Assembly: GCF_001194135.2 (NCBI RefSeq)
Contig: NC_068985.1
Coordinates: forward strand, 51,845,328-51,886,116
DNA: 40,789 bases
Source of the DNA: Octopus bimaculoides
Lineage: Eukaryota
Direction of reading: 5' to 3'
In this document: piece after piece, positions 33,335 to 40,789 of the stretch
Numbering within the stretch: position 1 is the first letter of the stretch
How the letters are laid out: each line of letters opens with the position of its first letter
Position numbers and translations under genes: made by a program
The notes under the pieces: generated by a model
The model's input: only the letters and a program-made list of their open reading frames with translations
Told to the model about the DNA's origin: nothing
Databases searched by the model: none

Positions 33335-34446
33335 TCGAGCATGCATGCATGCTCAGGACATACAAGCATACATACGTATGTACGTACATACATACATACA
33401 TACATACCCACTGGTGTGTATTTATAGCAGTTAGGACCATAATGGGTGGTATGCAATTTAAAAGGTGTAAAAAGAACTATGTTTAAGATTAGTCAATAAA
33501 GAAGCTGTGAGATTTTATAATAATAATAATGATAATAATAATAATACTAATCATAAGATGACAATTTTTATATTTTGAGTTTTTATAGAAATAAATTCCT
33601 GTAAACCTGAAATTTGTTTTATTTTGTTGTTTCTTTCTTTGTGTGTTGGTTACCTTGGTTATCTCTTTTTGCCTTACATGTTAATATTATTTAACCACAG
33701 GTCTGCCCTCATTGAGCAGGCCTTTGATTGAAGTTGTTCCAGCTATGACCATTCCAATATTGTTTCAGTCATTGTTTATCTGGGATTACATTATCAAAAA
33801 AAAAAAAAAAAAAAGTCCTTCCCTTTGTTTAAATCCAAATCAGTTTTGATTTGACAGATCTATAATGTAAAGCATTCCAACTGTAGTCATCACACCCTTT
33901 TGTTTTTTACAGTGCAGGCATGGCTGTGTGGTTGAGAAGCTTGTTTCTCAACTATGTGGTCTTGGGTTCGGTCCTACAGCATGGCACCTTGATGGAATAA
34001 CTTCTACTATAACCTTAGGGTTGATGATAGGAAGGACATCTGGCTGTAGAAACTCTGTCTTAACACATTTTGGTTGATTCATGCAAGCATGGAAAAGTAG
34101 ATCATTTAACGATGATGATAGGATGTTATTTGAAAGAGATTTGGCTGCTATTTCAGCAGAATGACCCACCACATAGATGCTGCCTTGTTATTGTGGAGTG
34201 ATTCTGTGAGTTACACATTAAATTAACACGTAATTCTTCATTAATGCCACCACTGAATTTAGTACATTTATATTACTTATGAGGTATTCTTTATTTTTTA
34301 GCTAAAGTGTAGTTGGGCCTCAAGGGGGTGGTACAAACCTAGTAATATGTGTTTTATAGGGAAAGCAAAATTTCCATGCAAATGGCAATTACCGGATGAT
34401 TTTCTTTTTAAGCCTAACTGTTTTAAGTTGTGGAAACACGACTTAC

Positions 34447-34611
34447 GTCGCAAATTCATGAACATAAGATTGTGGTTTTGTCACAAATTCAAGAACATGA
34501 GATTGTGGTTTTGTTACAAATTCACGAATATAAGATTGTGGTTTCGTCACAAATTCATGAACATAAGATTGTGGTTCTGTCACAAATTCACAAACATAAG
34601 ATTGTGGTTTC
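34447..34611. repeat. 33-bp tandem repeat, 5 units, inside the head of a SINE (family S3, about 34430-34812, +)
   Basis: GTCACAAATTCATGAACATAAGATTGTGGTTT(T/C) x5 followed by GATCCC, the S2-like central domain and an (ACCTTT)n tail. Confidence 0.92.
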
Positions 34612-37600
34612 GATCCCTGGACAGGGCGATGTATTGTGTTCTTGCGCAAAACACTTCACTTCACGTTGCTCCAGTCCACTCAACTGGTAAAAATGAGTAA
34701 TCCTGTGATGGACCTGCGTCCCATCCAGGTGGAGAATATATATGCCATGAAACTGGGAAACTGGCCTTTATGAGTCAGTATGACTTGAGAAGCTAATGTT
34801 ACCTTTACCTTTACTTCTCCATTTTAATTTCCATCTTCAATAGAACTGGCCAACTGTCTGACTACATTCATCTCTATTGACTTAAATGCAATATAGATAT
34901 TCAACAATGTTCTTTCTCTCTGTAAGTCATTTTTATTTGGAACTTGTTCTCCTCCTCAGTTTTTGAAACTCATTTGATTTCAGGTTTTAAGAAAAGAACC
35001 TCTTCTTTAGAGCTGTCCCAATTCTTTAAGGGAACAACCCAAAATGGTCAACTGGCCTCACCATTTCATGGTCAGTCAAGAATGGAATAGATTTGTAGCT
35101 TGTTTACAACATAACTGTAACATTATCCTGAGACATCTTTAATTTTAAAGCTATGTATTTTTATTTTCATCTTCAAGTAAATTTATGACTTTTGTTTCAT
35201 TATTTTCCATTTCAAATCTGTATTGGACAGGTCATCTGTGCTCTTATCTGCAAAATACAGGTATTAATTTTATCAATACCTTTTATATTTTACTTGTTTC
35301 ATTTATTGGACTTTTGCCATGCTGGGGTGCTACCTTGAAGGGTTTTGTCAAATCACCAACAATCAACCCTAGTACCTATTTTTCTTTATGTTTGGCACAA
35401 CCAACACCAGTTCCCACAAGACACATGGTGGTGGTGGACAAAAACAAAAAAAGGCAAACACGCACACACACACACACACACACACAAATATGATGGACTT
35501 CTTCCAATTTGCATCTACTAAATCCACTCACTAGGGTTTGGTTGGCTCTGGGCTATAGTAGAAGACACTTGCATAAGTTGCCACAATGGGACCGAACCCA
35601 ATTCCTTGTCTTTTTCCTTTTCCATGTGTCAGTGATAGCTATTACGAAAGTCTACTAATTAGAGATTACACTCGTCTTGTGAGGCAGTAACTGAAAGAAG
35701 TTTTGTGTGTATGTGTATGTGTGTGTGTGTGTGCATGTGCATATGTATATATAATATATATATATAAATACACACACACATTTTATTAATAAAGCTGCTA
35801 AGACATTTTTAGTTGAACTAAAAACCTGTACCTCATGGAAGTACCGACCAGCATCCATATCCTCTGGAAAAAGACGAGTTGTGAACATTATTTCCCTGCC
35901 TGTCTTCTAAGTACTTTTACTCTTTATTCTTTTATTTATTCCTTTATTCTATTGTATTCCTTATAAACTATGAATTTTATTCCTTGTAAACTAAATTTTC
36001 CCCATCTATAATATTTATATCTTGTCTCTGATGACGGAATACTCAGTGCATGGATATGTTAACCAACTACTTGGATTATCCCAGAAACTGCTGTAAGACT
36101 TCAAACTCACCTTACCCTAATTAAATTATTCTAAATGACTAGAGATACTCCTTCTGCCCGTGGTTTTGATTTTTCCTCTAATATAATATAATATAAATTA
36201 ATATAATGTAATATAATATAATATAACATATATATNNNNNNNNNNNNNNNNNNNNNNNNNNNNNNNNNNNNNNNNNNNNNNNNNNNNNNNNNNNNNNNNN
36301 NNNNNNNNNNNNNNNNNNNNNNNNNNNNNNNNNNNNNNNNNNNNNNNNNNNNNNNNNNNNNNNNNNNNNNNNNNNNNNNNNNNNNNNNNNNNNNNNNNNN
36401 NNNNNNNNNNNNNNNNNNNNNNNNNNNNNNNNNNNNNNNNNNNNNNNNNNNNNNNNNNNNNNNNNNNNNNNNNNNNNNNNNNNNNNNNNNNNNNNNNNNN
36501 NNNNNNNNNNNNNNNNNNNNNNNNNNNNNNNNNNNNNNNNNNNNNNNNNNNNNNNNNNNNNATATATATATATATATAAATACACATAAATATATTTGAA
36601 TATAAATGCATATATATGTATGCATGTATGTGCGCGCGCGCGTGCGTGTGTTGCCCCACCTTCGCTCGACAGTAACAACGGCCTCGATAACAATCCTTTC
36701 TACTATAGCCACAAGGCCTGAAATTTTTGGGGAAAAGATAGTCGATTACATCGATCACAGTACTCAACTGGATTTTATTTCATCAACCCCGAAAGGACGA
36801 AAGGTAAAGTTAACCCCGGCGGCATTTGAAATCAGAACATAAGAATAAAGACTTTGATTCTTGAAAATAGAAAAGAGACAATGGCCGAAGAAAAAGATGA
36901 GATATTTACTTTCGAATTTGTCAGAACTCATTAAGAATTGTTGCAAACTTTAACATCAAGCCAGTAATTTTAGAGAAGGCGTTAGCCGATTACATCGATC
37001 CCAATCCTCAGCTAGTACTTGTTTTATTGACCTCGAAAAAATGAAAAGCAAAATCGACCTTGACAATATTTGAACTTAAAGAGGGAAAATGTCGGAAGAA
37101 AGGCCACTATTTAGCAACCCAATCTAAGGGAAATAACTCTAGCATCACATAATATTTAAATCTTGACAGTATTGTTGCGGATTAGATGCCATTGAATGAT
37201 TAAGCTGTACCTTTATCTCGATAAATTTTACTGATAATCAAAGCCTGTCCAATGGTGACCATTTCATTTTCCATCATGTATTGTTCGTCCAATGTGTACA
37301 ATACAAAGATAGTCGAGTAAGATATGGTTGAGTTGTCCTAGTATTTAGTTATGCCCCTTCGTTCCAACTACGCCTGGATTGACTGATTATATACCTTTCG
37401 TCTTGCTTCATTCAGTCATCTATGATACATCAAGAGGTCTCAAAAAGCCCTCCACCGCCTACTCGTAGCAAAATACTATCTTCCATTTGTTTCAGTTATT
37501 GGACTGTGGCCATGCCTCTAGTACTTATTTTTAAAGCCTGACAGCAAAATACTATCGGTCTGTTTCGCCAGATGTTTAAGATAAGATGTAAACAAAATCA

Positions 37601-39075
37601 ACGGGCCACAAATACAAACACAACACACACACACACACCTATCTCTCACTGTGTATATTNNNNNNNNNNNNNNNNNNNNNNNNNNNNNNNNNNNNNNNNN
37701 NNNNNNNNNNNNNNNNNNNNNNNNNNNNNNNNNNNNNNNNNNNNNNNNNNNNNNNNNNNNNNNNNNNNNNNNNNNNNNNNNNNNNNNNNNNNNNNNNNNN
37801 NNNNNNNNNNNNNNNNNNNNNNNNNNNNNNNNNNNNNNNNNNNNNNNNNNNNNNNNATATATATATATATATATATATAACAGGAAGAGTTTATAGGTCA
37901 CCATTTATAATGACGTGGTGTGGAAAGAAGAACGATAAGATTTGGATAAGTTGAACAAGCTACGATTTATTCCTCTCGATGTAATAATAGAAGATTACCA
38001 AAGGGAATGACGTTAATATTACAGTCTGGAATAAACATTTAAATGACTTCAGTTATGCTGGGTTGGATGATGTGGCTGAGGTCTGTTGTCTGTTGCTGCA
38101 ACGAAGAAGACGGGTGACGACTGGTTGAAGACAATAGTGAAACAGGATGTTGTCTGGTTAATAGTGGCTGGTCCAAACACCGCCAAGAACGGGAGAAACT
38201 GGTATTTATATAATCATGAGTAGGCTCCACAGGCAAAGATGCTTTTTTCCGCATTGGGAGCAAACTCTGTTGAAAACACACGATTGGGCAGTTAAAACCG
38301 ACCAATACTTGCAACTAATTTGGCCAACAGTTGGGTCATGTGACTTACGCTAGGAAAAGCTCTGGTGGGCCAAATTCTCCAGTATTTAAGGTTAAAACAA
38401 CCGAATTGACAAGATGTCTAGTATTACAATCAAATGAATGTGATAAAGAGTTCTGCTACATCTTCTTACGTGTATCTTATAATTACTTTCCTTCATCACT
38501 CCACAACGATTTATATCTGGTCTCCGTACCTCTAATATAAAGTCGCTTTGCACTAAAAAACCCTGGGTTGTCTTATATCAGTTACTTTTAACAACAGCTT
38601 CTAATTAGGATAGGCTCCAAGAGTTTCTTCCTTCTTGAATACAAATTTCTCATTAACTTTCCTACGTATCTATCATTCATAATGTCATCTATTCTTGGGA
38701 CGCCTACATGAATGTGCCCCACCTACCTCTGATTTTGTTTCCTCATAACTTTTAGAAAAAGGGATAATTTTTTATGAAATTTTCTACGATTGCTTTTCAG
38801 ACGGCGTAGACTACGACTACATTGAAATATAGTGTAAAGAAAAAAGAGAGGAAAAGGTAGGCGTATATAAACAGACATCTCAATATATACACATATATAT
38901 ACAAACATCTCAAATTTTTCAAAATTTCAAGTTTTATTTTGCACACACACACATACACACACACATACACGCACACACACAATGTGTGTACAAGTCGTCT
39001 AAGAGTCCATAAAGCAGGAAAAATGCACTCGTCAATAGAGTGGGTATATCATCCGAAGTGTACAGATATATATAT

Positions 39076-39240
39076 CCATTACGGCCAATGTTACCAATCA
39101 GTTTCGTGTTAGGGCTTCAACTCCATATTTTATTCCAAAACGGCTACCTCTGATGAGCGCAGGGTTACATATCCGAATTGTTACCTAACACTCCGTTGAA
39201 TCCCTAGTGCGAAACCGATTAGTAAGACTGGCCGTAATGG
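39076..39240. mobile_element. 165-bp element with ~46-bp imperfect terminal inverted repeats within a TA run
   Basis: CCATTACGGCCA...TGGCCGTAATGG; 38 of 46 positions match by eye. Confidence 0.8.
39140..39235 (+). ncRNA. Putative (probably degenerate) type I minimal hammerhead ribozyme of Penelope-like type
   Basis: CTGATGA (39150-39156), stem II GCGC.AGGG/CCCT.GTGC, GAAAC (39211-39215), CGATTA loop, GTA cleavage triplet (39222-39224), stem I partly paired (ACGGCT/GGCCGT plus CT/AG). Confidence 0.55.
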
Positions 39241-40150
39241 ATATATAATACTATACACTTCGGATAATTATATATATANNNNNNNNNNNNNNNNNNNNNN
39301 NNNNNNNNNNNNNNNNNNNNNNNNNNNNNNNNNNNNNNNNNNNNNNNNNNNNNNNNNNNNNNNNNNNNNNNNNNNNNNNNNNNNNNNNNNNNNNNNNNNN
39401 NNNNNNNNNNNNNNNNNNNNNNNNNNNNNNNNNNNNNNNNNNNNNNNNNNNNNNNNNNNNNNNNNNNNNNNNNNNNNNNNNNNNNNNNNNNNNNNNNNNN
39501 NNNNNNNNNNNNNNNNNNNNNNNNNNNNNNNNNNNNNNNNNNNNNNNNNNNNNNNNNNNNNNNNNNNNNNNNNNNNNNNNNNNNNNNNNNNNNNNNNNNN
39601 NNNNNNNNNNNNNNNNNNNNNNNNNNNNNNNNNNNNNNNNNNNNNNNNNNNNNNNNNNNNNNNNNNNNNNNNNNNNNNNNNNNNNNNNNNNNNNNNNNNN
39701 NNNNNNNNNNNNNNNNNNNNNNNNNNNNNNNNNNNNNNNNNNNNNNNNNNNNNNNNNNNNNNNNNNNNNNNNNNNNNNNNNNNNNNNNNNNNNNNNNNNN
39801 NNNNNNNNNNNNNNNNNNNNNNNNNNNNNNNNNNNNNNNNNNNNNNNNNNNNNNNNNNNNNNNNNNNNNNNNNNNNNNNNNNNNNNNNNNNNNNNNNNNN
39901 NNNNNNNNNNNNNNNNNNNNNNNNNNNNNNNNNNNNNNNNNNNNNNNNNNNNNNNNNNNNNNNNNNNNNNNNNNNNNNNNNNNNNNNNNNNNNNNNNNNN
40001 NNNNNNNNNNNNNNNNNNNNNNNNNNNNNNNNNNNNNNNNNNNNNNNNNNNNNNNNNNNNNNNNNNNNNNNNNNNNNNNNNNNNNNNNNNNNNNNNNNNN
40101 NNNNNNNNNNNNNNNNNNNNNNNNNNNNNNNNNNNNNNNNNNNNNNNNNN

Positions 40151-40186
<36 letters not shown>

Positions 40187-40752
40187 CTCTCTCTCTCTCT
40201 CTCAAACACTTTCTCACTATATTTCTCTCTCAACAACTTTTTCTTTTTCTCTTCTTCCCTCTTCTTACACAAATGTTGTTACAGACAGACACGGAGACCA
40301 GATTATCTGTTATAATATCAGTTTTGCAAGATAGTTTCGTTTAAGTTTTCTTGGCATCTGTCACTTAGTAGTTTGTTGGATTCTATGTGTATTGTTTGGC
40401 TTTAACACGATTCCTTTTAATGATTTGCCTTAGAGGCAGCCGTGATACGGCTTCATTTTTCTCTTTTTAGTTTCTATTATCCCACCAAGCTGGCTTTTCT
40501 TTACCTGTATTGGCCATTTTTGGTATAAGTATGGCAACTTTTTAACTTGATTTCCAAACGCATGACGTCGTTCTTAGCAGTTTACGTAAATTTATTTATT
40601 GATCTATTTTTTTGTGTTGGACAGTGCCTTTCATTGCGGGAGATTGCTATTCACACACGCATGCATACATACATACATATATACATACATACATACATAC
40701 AGAAGCACACACGTATATATATACATATACACAAATATATACGTACAAACAG

Positions 40753-40789
<37 letters not shown>

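Larger units (their letters stand above)
8252..40150. other. Eight assembly gaps: 8252-8372, 10375-11120, 13772-14660, 23588-24413, 25310-25670, 36236-36560, 37660-37856, 39279-40150
   Basis: N runs, most flanked by microsatellites. Confidence 0.99.

Noticed and set aside
34347-34700. Apparent repeat proteins (QIHEHKIVVLS)n / (KFMNIRLWFCH)n and a CRISPR-like periodicity
   Set aside because: A 33-bp tandem repeat with no unique spacers, inside a SINE in eukaryotic DNA; the open frames result from unit length being a multiple of 3
36138-36165. Possible Helitron 3' end on the minus strand (…CCACGGGCAGAAGGAGTATCTCTAGT)
   Set aside because: The hairpin is not well formed and the presumed body lies in a gap
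38039-38314. 91-aa minus-strand ORF as a gene
   Set aside because: No recognisable domain, no convincing splice partners; kept only as an unexplained region
10277-40272. Long ORFs of 120-358 aa in the ORF track (e.g. 10277..11161, 13680..14756, 23551..24573, 39219..40217)
   Set aside because: They are open only because they cross N-gaps and microsatellites
38510-40303. 13-bp inverted match ACGGAGACCAGAT (about 38514-38526 and 40291-40303) as TIRs of a large element
   Set aside because: Too short, no TSD, similarity does not extend

Overview
AT-rich, microsatellite- and repeat-dense animal genomic DNA with eight N-gaps. The repeat families look like those of a coleoid cephalopod (probably Octopus; inferred, not proven). 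One protein-coding gene is securely supported: a + strand, spliced APIP/MtnB (methylthioribulose-1-phosphate dehydratase, methionine salvage). Seven coding exons from 12717 to 30771 join in one open frame (681 nt, 226 aa plus stop) with GT-AG boundaries. The first coding exon is not securely located; the best candidate is 3327-3347. The rest is transposon debris: several tRNA-derived SINE families, RTE, CR1/L2 and RLE-type LINE remnants, piggyBac-type and hAT MITEs, Helitron-type elements and minisatellites. Almost all ORFs in the supplied track are artefacts. I found no clearly new system. The most interesting observations are (i) an inverted Helitron-derived pair tightly bracketing the only in-frame-skippable exon, which carries the catalytic residues, (ii) a Penelope-type minimal hammerhead-ribozyme motif at 39140-39235, (iii) MITE multimers joined at TTAA sites with a single right end, and (iv) a decayed C2H2 zinc-finger stretch not visible in the ORF track. 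All alignments, identities and folds were done by eye.
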